This document shows, in pieces, positions 25,574 through 39,047 of a DNA stretch of 60,000 nt. The notes under the pieces were generated by a model, which searched no databases, had not been told where the DNA came from, and saw only the letters and a list, made by a program, of their open reading frames with translations. The stretch's first letter is position 1, and every line of letters starts with the position of its first letter. Location: contig NC_087263.1 in NCBI RefSeq assembly GCF_037042905.1, positions 9,240,001-9,300,000 of the forward strand, written 5' to 3'. The stretch comes from Lytechinus pictus (taxonomy: Eukaryota). A program made the position numbers and the translations under genes.

Positions 25574-27449
25574 TTTAGATTTATGACTTAAATAGTCCAA
25601 TGTTGCTTTTAATATAAATGTCATAAATATACATGTACCCTTTCAATTTGGTTTTTTTTTTTCTATTTTTTTACAATATTCAATTCTTCTCGATACATCC
25701 ATAGGATTGATTCATACATGTATCTACTTGATAATACATGATACTATATCAAAGCACTTTGTAATTTCAGATTAGGTTATTCTACTACACAAAAATCTAT
25801 TACAAAATGTTAAAATTAAGCTTTTTATGATAGACCCTGTAGTATGTACTGCTGATCATTCTGCAACATAAATGTACATGTATGTACACAAACTCACAAC
25901 ACTTTACAGGTGAAGCCAGCGAAGCAAATGGGTAAACATGTATATTCGTGACATACCCTGTAGTTATGGTGTTCAATATCACAAATACCTCAAACTTAAC
26001 ATAAAGTGTAGGCCTATACATGTAGGCCCTACATGTATACCATAAGCTTTAATAGGCTTATGTTTAATATAAAATCATCAAAAAATATACAATTTATTTG
26101 ATGAACCCTGCATTATTAGACATATTTTTCTCTGTACCAAAAAACTTTACTGTATTATGCAGCAGGAGTTTGGACACTCATATCATATACTTTTTATGAT
26201 GCACCTTGTACTTTTATAGACCCGCATTGTCTCAAAGAGGAATAATACATGTATATGTCAGAAGGAAATCTCTAAACTCACACATTTAATGGTATGCCTT
26301 GTACTTTTGTAATTCTGCAACACAAAACCCAATACACCTTCTCGAAGAGGATCGCATGAGGCACTGGAGAAGGTAAAGGTGTGATATCAAAACTATTGCA
26401 CGGTGAGGATAGTATCATAGTACATGCAGGTGAGCAAGGGGTGCAAGGTGTCGAAACTAGTGCATGATATAAAATGACAGTGTCAAACATGCAGGTGAGT
26501 TTAATACACGTGAGTCAAGGTGAGAAGGCGGAAGATACACTGTAAAGGATCTAGAACAAAATGTTGGTCATGGTATACCCATAACAATCTCCATGGTATA
26601 ACTTGTGCCATACAACAGGCAGGCCTACATGTACACACCAGGGGCCCATGTAATAAAGAGTTAAATGTAACCAGGGAATAATTCCCTGATGTAACTATGG
26701 TAACTTTGTCATTATGGCAACTACCATGGTAAAAGGGTTCAGTCAAGAATTCCATTTAAGTTACAATAAATTTCAGAGTCACAACAAACGGAACCCTGTA
26801 CATACATGTACAGTTGTATACGCCTACATAATGTACATAAAAATGAGGGCATCATTTCAAAAAGCTTGATTTCAACAGCACACACTGATATTTTAGAACA
26901 GATTCATTCTCAAACAATCACATGTGTCTTTTTATTTTAGCATCATTCAAATAATAGTGTTTGAATGATGCTTTTTTTTCAGGTGAAAACAAAGACTGAA
27001 TCAATGCCAATCCTACTACACAATCAAGTGGATAAAATAAGAAAGTCAAACAAACTTTAAATTTGTAACTAAAGCATTTGCTATTAAAACTATGAGGAAT
27101 ATCTGTTTCTATGATTGCATTGTCTGAACTAAAAAACAAGTTGACCTGTATAATGACCTGTATAATGACAGTTAATATTAAACCTTTCTTGCAACCAATG
27201 TACATAGGATTAGAGCCTATAAAGTTCAAAGCAAGTTCATGGAAAATTCTTCCTTTTTGCCAAAATTCATTTTCAAATGACATCATGGTCACACAACAGC
27301 AGAATAATTCAGCCTAATTTCATTTCCTTTCCTTTCCTTTCAAACACAACACTCATACTCAGATTTTGGGTGAGAAATGCATTTTTGACATGATGCATTT
27401 CGCCTTCTACAGGTCAAAATTCCTCTTTGACACTTACAGGGAAGTAAGG

Positions 27450-27646
27450 GAACGATGACACAACATTTGCGCAAGCGAAAATAGCTACGGGCTTTATTTT
27501 GTCTCAAATATAGGGTTTTATGTTACGCTTTAGTGTTAGGTTTAAGATAGGGTATAGAGTTAAATCAAGGGTTGAAGTTTTTGTAATTCCGATAGTGTGA
27601 GGAATTTACAACACAGCAATTGTCGCTGGAGCAAATATCATGGAAC
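27450..27646 (+). mobile_element. Short interspersed repeat with GGGTTA-like tract
   Basis: Homologous to 37395-37592; both end GCAATTGTCGCYRGAGCAAATRTCATGGAAC. Confidence 0.6.
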
Positions 27647-27964
27647 GAAAGGGAACAACCAATTTTGTTAAGAATTTGTTGCAAATCTGGGTCTGTTCGA
27701 TCTCAACACAGAAAAGAAAATCTTATTTCATTTTCTGAACAGGAAATGCTCTTTTTTATGTAGAACTGTCTTTTTTTCATCCTTCGTGTTCAAAGCGGAC
27801 TTCTCTTTTTGAATGATCGACGCTATCTAAGATTTAACTTCCCTGTTAAAAAGGAAGTCCAACCTAACATAAATTCTTCTACAATTCCATAATGCATAAA
27901 GCCATAAACTGTGTTCACAATAATAAACAATCACTGTTCCTTCCTAACAAAAAATAAAAAACAT

Positions 27965-28256
27965 TTTTATTATCCCCCCCATCACGCTCCATCGGGGCAA
28001 CGTAACATAAAAATGATGCTTAATCGTTTCGCTATTACGATCATTCATAATCAATGCAATCATTCATAGAAATCAACACTAGATCAATCGCCAAGCTTTG
28101 ATCTAGTGTTGATTTCTATGAATGATTGTATTGATTATGAATGATCGTAATAGCGAAACGATTAAGCATCATTTTTATGTTACGTTGCCCCGATGGAGCG
28201 TGATGGGGGGGATAATAAAATCATAGAAATCAACACTAGATCAATCGCCAAGCTTT
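27965..28256. repeat. 123-bp near-perfect inverted duplication plus 36-bp direct duplication
   Basis: Arms 27965-28087 and 28098-28220 (one mismatch seen), 10-nt loop; 28221-28256 repeats 28064-28099. Confidence 0.95.
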
Positions 28257-28759
28257 AAGTCACCAGACCCTTTCCATGTAAGTTTATTTTTACGTGACAG
28301 TGAACTTCCTCTCCCCTTGACAAGTGAAAAGTAAAAGGGATAAATCATATCTAACCATAAATGACAGTTTCCAATCTCTGAGAAGGAAAGAAAAGTATAG
28401 CCTCTAAAATAATATTTACTGGGTGGACCAAACAGCATTGTTATTACCAAGTGATGACATGCACTGCCATTTCAAACCAATTTTGAGTTGCTAGAAAGTG
28501 TTCAGACAATCAACGACCTGTTCACATTACCGGAGAGGGAGACTTTCGTGTACATGTATGGATCATTGCAAGAAAATTGTAATTGCAAGAAACTTTAATA
28601 TCTATTTATGATCACTGAATTAATGTCTTTCAATTAATATCAAATTTGTAATACATGTATAGCTGATTTGCTTCTTGCAACAAAAAGTGGGGAAAAAATA
28701 AGGTAGAGCTAAAATTGGTCTCAGATCAAGTGTAAAGTTGCAACAGAAATTTGCAGTTT

Positions 28760-30910
28760 GCAATCCTCCCCTCCTCCTCCTTACCTCCATCTCCACCTCC
28801 TACCCTCCATCTCCGCTTTCTCCTTCTCATCCTTTTCCTTCTCTCCTTCCCTTCTTCAACATCACAATCTTCCCCTCCTCTCCTCCTTCTTCCCCGTCCT
28901 CCTCATACTCCTCTCCCGTCTCCGCCTCCTCCACATATTCGTCTTCTTGGTACTCCCCTTCCCCTTCAATATCCCAATCTCCCCCCCCCCCCCTCCTCAT
29001 ATTCTTCTCCCGTCTCCGCCTCCGCCATATATTCATCTTCTTGTTTCTCAATTTCCCTTCAACATCACGATCTTTCCCTCCTCTCCTCATTTGACCTCCT
29101 CATACTTCTCTCCCGTCTCCGCCTCCTCCATCTATTCCTCTTCTTTGTTCACCCTTCTCCTTCCACATCCCAATTCTCCCCTCCACCTCCTCCCCCTTGG
29201 TCTCCCGTCCTCCCCTCCTCCTCACCCATTCTCCTTCCCATTTCCCCTCCTCCCATCTGTCATCTCTCATCATTTGAAGTGATTGAGTCATCTCGCTTCC
29301 AACATCTCAAGTATCCTGCTCTCATTATTCTACTTCATTATGCCAAAGCATGCTCCAGCTCTCCTCCACCATCTCCACCACCTTTTCCACCACCCCTCCT
29401 CCTCCATCCCCTCCTCCTCCTTTAATACCTCAATCTCCATCTCCTCCTCCTCCTTTAATACCTCAATCTCCATCTCCACCTCCTCCCAACCATCTCCGCT
29501 TTCTCCTTTTCATCTTTTTCCTTCTCTCCTTCCCTTCTTCAACATCACAATCTTCCCCTCCTCTCCTCCTTCTTCCCCGTCTTCCTCCTCATACTCCTCT
29601 CCCGTCTCCACCATATATTCGTCTTCTTGGTACTCCCCTTCCCCTTCAATATCCCAATCTCACCCCCCCACCTCCTCATATTCTTCTCCCGTCTCCGCCT
29701 CCGCCATATATTCATCTTCTTGTTTCTCAACTTCCCTTCAACATCACGATCTTTCCCTCCTCTCCTCATTTGACCTCCTCCTCATACTTCTCTCCCGTCT
29801 CCGCCTCCTCCATCTATTCCTCTTCTTTGTTCACCCTTCTCCTTCCACATCCCAATTCTCCCCTCCACCTCCTCCCCCTTGGTCTCCCGTCCTCCCCTCC
29901 TCCTCACCCATTCTCCTTCCCATTTCCCCTCCTCCCATCTGTCATCTCTCATCATTTGAAGTGATTGAGTCATCTCGCTTCCAACATCTCAAGTATCCTG
30001 CTCTCATTATTCTACTTCATTATGCCAAAGCATGCTCCAGCTCTCCTCCACCATCTCCACCACCTTTTCCACCACCCCTTCTCCTCCATCCCCTCCTCCT
30101 CCTTTAATACCTCAATCTCCATCTCCTCCTCCTCCTTTAATACCTCAATCTCCATCTCCACCTCCTCCCAACCATCTCCGCTTTCTCCTTTTCATCTTTT
30201 TCCTTCTCTCCTTCCCTTCTTCAACATCACAATCTTCCCCTCCTCTCCTCCTTCTTCCCCGTCCTCCTCCTCATACTCCTCTCCCGTCTCCACCATATAT
30301 TCGTCTTCTTGGTACTCCCCTTCCCCTTCAATATCCCAATCTCACCCCCCCACCTCCTCATATTCTTCTCCCGTCTCCGCCTCCGCCATATATTCATCTT
30401 CTTGTTTCTCAACTTCCCTTCAACATCACGATCTTTCCCTCCTCTCCTCATTTGACCTCCTCCTCATACTTCTCTCCCGTCTCCGCCTCCTCCATCTATT
30501 CCTCTTCTTTGTTCACCCTTCTCCTTCCACATCCCAATTCTCCCCTCCACCTCCTCCCCCTTGGTCTCCCGTCCTCCCCTCCTCCTCACCCATTCTCCTT
30601 CCCATTTCCCCTCCTCCCATCTGTCATCTCTCATCATTTGAAGTGATTGAGTCATCTCGCTTCCAACATCTCAAGTATCCTGCTCTCATTATTCTACTTC
30701 ATTATGCCAAAGCATGCTCCAGCTCTCCTCCACCATCTCCATCACCCCTCCTCCTCCATCCCCTCCCCCTCCTCACCCTTCATTCCCACCCCCTCCTCCA
30801 TCTGTCATCTCTCATCATTTGAAGTGATTGAGTCATCTCGCTTCCAACATTTTAAGTCTCCTGCTCTCATTAACTCTTCTTTAATATGCCAGAGCATGCC
30901 CCAGCTTTTC
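28760..30910. repeat. Pyrimidine-rich 682-bp tandem repeat (~3 units)
   Basis: Anchor GATTGAGTCATCTCGCTTCC at ~29281, 29963 and 30645 (period 682), plus a partial copy at ~30826. Confidence 0.92.
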
Positions 30911-31277
30911 CCCTCCATGCTACAAGCACTCTACTTTTTTTTATCAAAGGTGATCTTTCCTGCTACATGTAATTGCATTATGCATTTAGATTAATAACAT
31001 TCAGGATGCATTTGAGTGTAAACAAATTATAAAACAATGTGTTAAATTTTGCGAAATGATTCAGTTTCGTGAATTTTCCTTCAACACAGTGAATGTCTCA
31101 TCTCCTTTTTATCAAATTTGTTCTGTTCTTCATCATTATGGATGTACAACTACACCTTAAAGTGAGCACAGTCTTTCTACTGTTTTTCATTATCAATTCC
31201 TACCTCTTCGATATTCACAGCATACTGTTGAAGGTGTTCAAGCAAACAGAGCATGTCACAGTGCATGGCATCAGCCC

Positions 31278-31874
31278 TAGTCTGCAGGCACAGACCCTGA
31301 TTGAATCTTTGATCAACAAGTGGGTCTGCATGCAAAGACTAGCACATAAAAACTTGCTGTTTCAATTCAGCCGAGAGGGCCTTTAGGATACAAGGGATTG
31401 TAGACTGCATATTCAGACCCTTATTAAACTCAAGTCAAGTGAGAGGTTTGTACAGCAGACTACACCAGCACAGGCATTTGGTAGTCTGCAGGCACAGACA
31501 CTAATTGAAACAATAATCAACAAGTGGATCTTCAGACAAGACTAGCAGGGACCTTCTATATGCAAAATTCTTATTTATAGCCATTAGGATGCATATTCAG
31601 ACTACTTTCATTTTGCAAAAGGATTCCCACAGCAAACACTGAAAGTAGTCGCTTGGATCATGGACCTCCATGCTTGGATGCAATCCACCATACACCACTA
31701 TTATGTAGTCTGCAGGCACAGACCCTGATAGGAACTTTGATCAACAAGTGTGCCTCCACGCAAAGACTAGCACATACATGTACAAAACTAGCGAGAGAGC
31801 CTCCAGTACACAAGGCATGAGTAGGCTGCACATTCAGACCCTTAACTCGAGTGAAGGGTTTGCCCAGCAGACTA
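31278..31874 (+). mobile_element. Cluster of three GTAGTCTGCAGGCACAGACCC MITE copies
   Basis: Copies start at ~31278, 31481 and 31705, each ending CAGACTA. Confidence 0.7.
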
Positions 31875-32272
31875 TCATGTGCATGTAGAATGTACACCCA
31901 AATCGCAAATATAAAGTTACCAACCTTTGAGCATGGACCCTACTTTTTGAGAGACTGAGATTCGGAAAACATGCTTAATTTCATCATCTACACAATCTTT
32001 GACATTTCTAGGAACCTGTTCACAAAATTGTGATAATTGGGCCTCAGATTATTTTGAAGAAATGTTTCAGAAAGAGGGGGAACGTAAGAGAAACGATATT
32101 GAAATCAAGAAAATGTTATGATGGATGTCATTAAAATAAATTGCATAATCAATCACTGTGCTTTGTTTTAAAGAGGCAATGAAGAAATGTCTTTATTAGG
32201 GGAGTGTGAAAGTCTCTAAAAAGAGTCAAAGAAAAATGTAAGAACTTTTGAAGTTGATGTAGAGCATTGAGG

Positions 32273-32635
32273 AACAAGCAGAATGCCTCTGGCAGTCTCG
32301 ATTCTTTACGCGGCTCAATATAGAAGCAGCATATACCGACTTTTGAAAGAACTATGAATTATTTTATTTAAAAATACATTTATATCATAAAATAGCAAGA
32401 CTGCAATTTCATTGACACTATTACATACCTTTGACTTCGGTTGTGTGACATAAAAACAATCACTGATGTACAATACTCTTTACATCCAAGTTTCACAAAC
32501 TAGATCCGTATACTTTCAGAGTTATTATGATATTTCAAGAAGTAAACCTTGGTTAAAATTGCAATGTCGATGATGACGCTGCTGCCGTCAGAAAAGCCAC
32601 GTCTATAACGTTGCTCTGCTATGCAGGCGAGACAA
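32273..32635 (+). mobile_element. Degenerate Helentron/DINE-like element (same family as 35878)
   Basis: Starts AACAAGCAGAATGCCTCTGGCAGTCTCG and ends CTCTGCTATGCAGGCGAGACAA. Confidence 0.7.
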
Positions 32636-32903
32636 ACAATAATAATAGCTGGATTTATAAAGCGCTTTTTACCAGAGGATACAAGCGCTGCTATTATTAC
32701 CCTGGCTTTAGCTCGATCTACCATCACCGGCGCTCAGTGCATGCAAGGAATTACTCCTGCCGGGTACCCATTCACCTCACCTGGGTAGAGTGCAGCAGAG
32801 TTTGGATATTTCTTGATAAAGGAAAATACGCCATGGCAACAATTGGAACCCATGGCCCTCTGTTTCAAAGACGAGAGTCAGAACCACTAGACCACGACGC
32901 ACC
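32636..32903 (-). mobile_element. Full-length tRNA-derived SINE with L2-like tail
   Basis: Minus strand GGGTGCGTCGTGGTCTAGTGG head, shared body, AGCGCT..AGCGCTTTATAAAT stem and (TTA)n tail. Confidence 0.8.
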
Positions 32904-33661
32904 CGTGAAATGGAGATGTGCTTTACAGTTTACAGTTTTTCAATCCATTTTCCCAACATAAGAATGTGAAATTTGTGAAAATAGGGTATGTGTGTAAAAG
33001 ATTTTCTTCATATATCACGTTCAAAACTGAGATTCCACAACCCTCTAATATCAAAATGCTTTATGATTTATAGGCACTTTTCCAAGATGAAATACGATAT
33101 TGAGCATAAAAGCAAAATCTTCCTCTTACAGAGGAGATGGGAGTTGCTTTCACTGTGGTTTGGTCTTCATCAGCCCATAGGAGCTTTTCACGGGACAAAT
33201 AGTCAGCGACTTTCACTGACTATGGTTAAAAGCTACTGCAAACCCTTGCATCTGATTGGCTACGAGCAAGTTAGCCAGTAAAAATCACAAAAAAACTATT
33301 CATGAAATGCTTCCCACTTTTGAATTTGATGTAGCTCATGTGTTTTATATTTTTCTTCAGCTTGAATCATTATTATGATCACAAACCAAAATCAAAATAT
33401 TAATAAGCAAAATCTGGGAGAGCACAAAGTAATGAAAAAAATGTGTGGTGAAAGTGTTTTGAATAAAAATTTTGTTGAAATTTTGTTGAAATGTTTGATT
33501 GTACACAACATGACTTGGGTCCTAGAACACAAAATTGAGTTATTGATCATATGCTTGATTTGCATGATTGATTGTACATTGTGGTCAGTGAAATCAACCA
33601 TAAAGATGTTCTTCTACGATGATAGCTTTGTGTATGTCCTGTTCATTTTGTTCTGATCATG

Positions 33662-33852
33662 TGGGTGTTTCATAAAGCTGTTCGTAAGTGAAGAGCGACT
33701 TTAAGAATGACTGGTGATCCTTTCTTGTGGTAAATATGTCATACAACAAATGTATTTTAAATAATAATTGGCAATGGTTTTAGCGCATGAGGTTCACCAG
33801 TCGTTTTTTAAAGTCGTTCTTAACTTACGAACAGCTTTATGAAATGGCCCCA
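33662..33852. mobile_element. Palindromic MITE
   Basis: TTTCATAAAGCTGTTCGTAAGT ... ACTTACGAACAGCTTTATGAAA inverted arms. Confidence 0.75.
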
Positions 33853-35093
33853 GGGCAGTTTTCCTCAATCAGAATTATCAACAATCATTTTTTTGCTTGG
33901 TCTGGTGAAAACAGGCCTTGCCATAAATGTAGGTTCTGTCTCTAACAAGAGTTTCAATTCTGTATCACTTACAGCAAAAACAGTTCTCAGTTGCACGTAC
34001 AAGGCCAAGTGATCTCAAATGCAATCCTGTCTTATTCTAGGAGGTATTAGAAGTTTGCATCGAATCCTGGTCATTAGTTCGAGTATTTTCAATTCATTAC
34101 CGATAATGTTTATCACTACATGGCATCCAATGTTTACTTGTTAAAAATTTGCGTAGTAATACATTTTAGTATAAAGCTTGCATCGAATCCTAGTTCAGTA
34201 CCGGTATTTTGACTCGAGTATTTTTAATTCATTACCGATAATGTTAATATCAGGCATCAAATTTTACTTGTTAGAAATTTGCTTAGTAATACATTTTAGA
34301 TTTTCTTGAGCCCCTAGAGACATTTTTGTGCTAAGCACTATGTAAATATTGTTTAAAAGAATTATTATTTACCTGGAAAATACAGTATTTATTTATACAT
34401 TATACAAAAATGAAAATATGTGTAAATGAAAAAGCAAAATATTGAGAGGCAACTTTAAAATCCTCATTTCATACACGAAGGCTCCAAATGTTAATACCAT
34501 TATGTAAACATGAACAAGTAATTTGAAACAAAAGTTGTTAAAACTTCAAGATAGATCATGTATATTATGTAAGATGTACATGTATTTTTTATGCTACAAG
34601 ACAATGGATATTGTAGGCCTACAGTTTAAAAGCAGAAGGCAGAATTGCCAAAGACAAAATACAATACTACGATTTCCCATGTGGGGCAATCTTCATTTCA
34701 TTCTATCTGAGAATTGCCGGAAATTGCATCCTTTTTTTTCTCCATCCAATACCAGATACCATTGATTGGGGCCACGTGTTGAAACATGTGCAAGAATAAT
34801 TCCCCTCGAGTACATTTGTATAAAATCAATTAATGTACCAAGATGCTCTGATGTCTTTAGGGAAAATTCAGAATTTTTTTACTTCTTTATAGAAAAACAA
34901 GGAGGAAGGTAGTTTCAATTTACATTATGCATTTGATGCAACTGCATTAACATGATATTGCAGGACACATTATTATGACTTTGCATCAATTGTTATTGTC
35001 TCTAGTGGAAAATATTGAACCTATAAAATAAATTATCTAATTTTGTCGACATATGAATTGCCATCATGGGTATCATATTTCCTCCATAACGTT

Positions 35094-35430
35094 TCATCAT
35101 AATCATTACCACCACCATCATCATCATCATTTTCATCATCATAATCATCACCACCACTATCACTACCACCATCATCATCATCACCATCATCATCATCACA
35201 ATCACCATCACCATCATCATTATCGTCATCACCATCATCACTATCATCATCACCACCACCATCATCATCATCATTTTCATCACCACCACCATCACTACCG
35301 CCATCATCATCAATTCATCATCATTATCACTATCATCATCATCATCATCACCATCATCATCATCACCTCATCATCATCACCATCACCATCATCATCATCA
35401 TCACTATCATCTTCATCACTATCACCACCA
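35094..35430. repeat. (CAT/CAC)n compound microsatellite
   Basis: Direct reading of the sequence. Confidence 0.95.
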
Positions 35431-35877
35431 TAGGCCTACATGATCAAAGCAACACAAATAACACCTGTTCATTGTAAAAACTGTGAGTAAAATCATATGA
35501 AAACACGGATTGCAAGAACCAAGCATGTCTACGTGCAGACACCTCTCAATCTATGATAGTTTGACCCCAATTCTTTATCACATCCTCTTCAAGTGTGCAA
35601 GAATTTCATGTACACTACTATAAGTTTAATACATCTACATGTACATTCACACCTGCAAAAACATGAAAATACCTTTACCTAAAAATTATGAGGACTTGTT
35701 GAGCCTCAAAATACATATTCAGTGCTAGGCAATTCCATAAAATATGTACACCCAACCCCCTATATGTGGGACCTTCATGAAATTTTCTGTCTCTAAATTC
35801 TTGTTTTTTTGACCGTCTGTAATACTTTCAACAAATGACCATGACTTGGTCATTTTATGAAGTTAAGTAAAACTTGA

Positions 35878-36835
35878 GACAAGTGGAATGCCTCTGGCCG
35901 TCTCACCTGCATCACGCGATTCAATATAGCAGCAGTGCTGATTTTGAAAACTACTATAACTCGCACAAGATGTTCAGTGATACTTGGTTACTCTTATTTC
36001 CACGTTTTATGAACTAGACCAATACACTTATAGAGATATGATGGCAATTCAACAAATACCCCCAACGTGGCCAAAGTTCTTTGACCTTACATGACCTTTG
36101 ACCTTGATCATGTGACCTGAAACTCGCCCAGGATGTTCAGTGATACTTGATTACTATTATGTCCAAGTTTTATGAACTAGACCAACACACTTTCAAATTT
36201 ATGGCTGTAATTCAACAAATACCCCAATTTGGCCAAAGTTCATTGACCCTAAATGACCTTTGACCTTGATCATGTGACCTGAAACTTGCACAGGATGTTC
36301 AGTAATACTTGATTACTATTATGTCCAAGTTTCATGAATCAGATCCATAAACTTTCAAAGTTATGATGGTAATTCAACAGATACCCCCAATTCGGCCAAA
36401 GTTCATTGACCCTAAATGACCTTTGACCTTGGTCATGTGACGTGAAACTCATGCAGGATGTTCAGTGATACTTGATTAACCTTATGTATAAGTTTCATGA
36501 ACTAGGTCCATATATTTTCTAAGTTAAGATGACATTTCAAAAACTTAACCTTAGGTTAAGATTTTGATGTTGATTCCCCCAACATGGTCTAAGTTCATTG
36601 ACCCTAAATGACCTTTGACCTTGGTCATGTGACATGAAACTCAGGCAGGATGTTCAGAAATACTTGATTAACCTTATGGCCAAGTTTCATGAACTAGGTC
36701 CATATACTTTCTAAGTTATGCTGTCATTTCAAAAACTTAACCTCAGGTTAAGATTTGGTGTTGACGCCGCCGCCGCCGCCGTCGCCGTCGGAAAAGCGGC
36801 GCCTATAGTCTCACTCTGCTATGCAGGTGAGACAA
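35878..36835 (+). mobile_element. Helentron/DINE-like non-autonomous element with internal ~162-bp tandem repeats
   Basis: Subterminal IR GTCTCACCTGCAT (35900) / ATGCAGGTGAGAC (36821); 3' hairpin with GTCTCACTCTGC; (GCC)n tract; TGACCTTTGACCTTG units at ~36081, 36243, 36406 and 36598. Confidence 0.8.
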
Positions 36836-37394
36836 AAAATGGGGGGTCGGAAGTGCAAAAAAGGTTGATTATGTTATGGAATTATTTGTGCATTCACTCC
36901 TGCATGAAGCAGATACATTGTAAATCATTAAATCCAGGAACAAGACTTGAACTGCATTTATGTGACATCCAACTATTAGCAAGTTTTCACAATCGGGGAT
37001 TCATGAATTCTACAACTTTACTGTACAGAAAATCTATTGAAAATGCCTATCAAATCACAATGAACAGCTATTGTGGTCTTTGTCGAAAATTGGTGAACCA
37101 GGTCGGCTGATCATCGTAAAATTCTGAGCTGAAGAAAATTACAAATATGTTGTATGTCCAGTGTCCAGGACGATACTGCTGTTTTGAGTCACAGATTTTC
37201 GACAAAGACTGCTTTACTGTATCATGAAGGGCTTTTGCCAATTTGCCAATAGATTTTCTATGTTGTAGAATTTGTCTGTCATGGTTGCAAAAACTCCCTA
37301 CATATGTAAGGAAGTGAAGGGCTTGAATTAATCCTAGGTCACTATAAGTACTGTATTTAAGAAAGCCCATACGGCCCTGGATGACCTATTGTAA

Positions 37395-37592
37395 TGGTGA
37401 CACGATGCTTGCTACGGCAAAAAATTGCTCCGGGCTTTATTCGTAAAAGATATAGGGTTAGGGTTAGGGTCACAATAAGGTTTAATGTTAGGTTTAGGAT
37501 AATGTTAAATCCAGGGTTGAAGTTGGTAATTCCATAATAATGTGTGGAATTTGCAGGGGAGCAATTGTCGCCAGAGCAAATGTCATGGAACC
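37395..37592 (+). mobile_element. Short interspersed repeat with GGGTTA tract
   Basis: Homologous to 27450-27646. Confidence 0.6.
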
Positions 37593-38025
37593 AAATTGGC
37601 TTCAATGTCCCTCCTATTGACCTTTTTGTGCCCTTGTTAATTCATCCCATATGTGTTACATGCAGGCCTCAGTGTATGTAGGAGTCCCACAGAAGAGTGA
37701 CCTTGCCCTTAAAAAACATATAAATTAAAGGCCTTCATAGCGACACATGATTAGATCATCTTGAACAATGTACATGTAAGACCACTGTTCAAATTATGTT
37801 GCGCTTTGCTTTGAATGAATTCATGAAAAAAGAATGTGGGATTCTTTGTGACTCATGCCCACATCAAAGTTCTTGTAATTTGCAACAACAAAAATCCTGC
37901 AAAATTCCTTGCTGCTCTCAAAAGAACATTACCTTCCTATTAAAGAGTACAAACCTATATATGTACCTAGTTTGCTATTAGGGCACTACATGTACATGTT
38001 TGATTGCACAATGATGAAATACTAT

Positions 38026-38350
38026 GGCCCGTATTCTGAAGTCAGGTTTAACTTCGACCGTGGTCTGACTATGAGCTAAAATTATGGGAAGCCAAAAGTG
38101 TCAAAATTTTTATATTAAAAAAGTTGTATGTTTCTTATGTTTACTGTGCTCTTTCCTGATTCATCGATGGTGAAGACAATCATCTATTTATACTTCCTAG
38201 ACAATTATGAATGATTTGAGAGTCAAATGAGCTGAAATATGATATACATGTATCTACTGTTTAGTGATTTATGTAAACAATTGGCTATCCATACTTAAAC
38301 CACAACTTTAAACCTGAGTTTAAGTTAAACCCGACTTCAGAATACGGGCC
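38026..38350. mobile_element. MITE with TAT TSD (Harbinger-like)
   Basis: TAT|GGCCCGTATTCTGAAGTC ... GACTTCAGAATACGGGCC|TAT. Confidence 0.88.
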
Positions 38351-38771
38351 TATGTATTCTTATTGTTATCTACATGTAAAGGAGGGTATGAAAGCATACT
38401 GTCTTTGCCCAGAAAGAACAACTTGATAAAAAAAACACATGTACAGTATCAAGCAACAACACCTGCACATAAATATACATGACAATTTCCAATAAATCAT
38501 TTTAAAGACTGCACTGAAACTTGACCTTATGTACATGATGTAATGTATCTTTATGTGTATCATGGAGCTACATGTATGTAGGCCTGCACCATGTACAGTA
38601 TAGGTTTAAAGTGTTTTCATTAAGAAGACAATTTCAGAAAGTGGCTAAAAGTTTTTAATAAAATTTTGCAATAAAATGGAATGTTAAGCCAAGGAAATTA
38701 GAATTACTGCCATCCCTAAAATGGAGAAAACTCTCTGTATATCGGTATGGCAATTTATAGTAGCGGTAGAC

Positions 38772-39047
38772 CTGGGCCCCGTCTTACAAAGAGTTGCGAT
38801 TGATCTGATCAAACTCAACTATGGAAAGCCAGCAACGCCAAAATCTAAAAATACATGTTTGTACAAAAATATTTCTAGATATGATGTATTTTCATAAATT
38901 CATTGATTTCTTGACAATTTGGTGTGTTTGCCTTTGTTACAAAGGACATTTTGCAAATTTCCTGTAGAAAAAATTATGACACTGAAGGATTGCCATAGAC
39001 TTACGATTGATTGGATCAATCGTAAGTCTTTGTAAGACAGGGCCCAG
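38772..39047. mobile_element. MITE with GGGCCCCGTCTTACAAAGA TIRs
   Basis: CTGGGCCCCGTCTTACAAAGA / TCTTTGTAAGACAGGGCCCAG. Confidence 0.8.

Noticed and set aside
28738..30994. Pro/Ser/Leu-rich ORFs resembling extensin or mucin
   Set aside because: They arise in several frames from a C/T-rich tandem repeat that lacks stop codons for compositional reasons.
37452..37470. Interstitial telomere
   Set aside because: Only about three TTAGGG-like units inside a dispersed repeat that also occurs at 27450.
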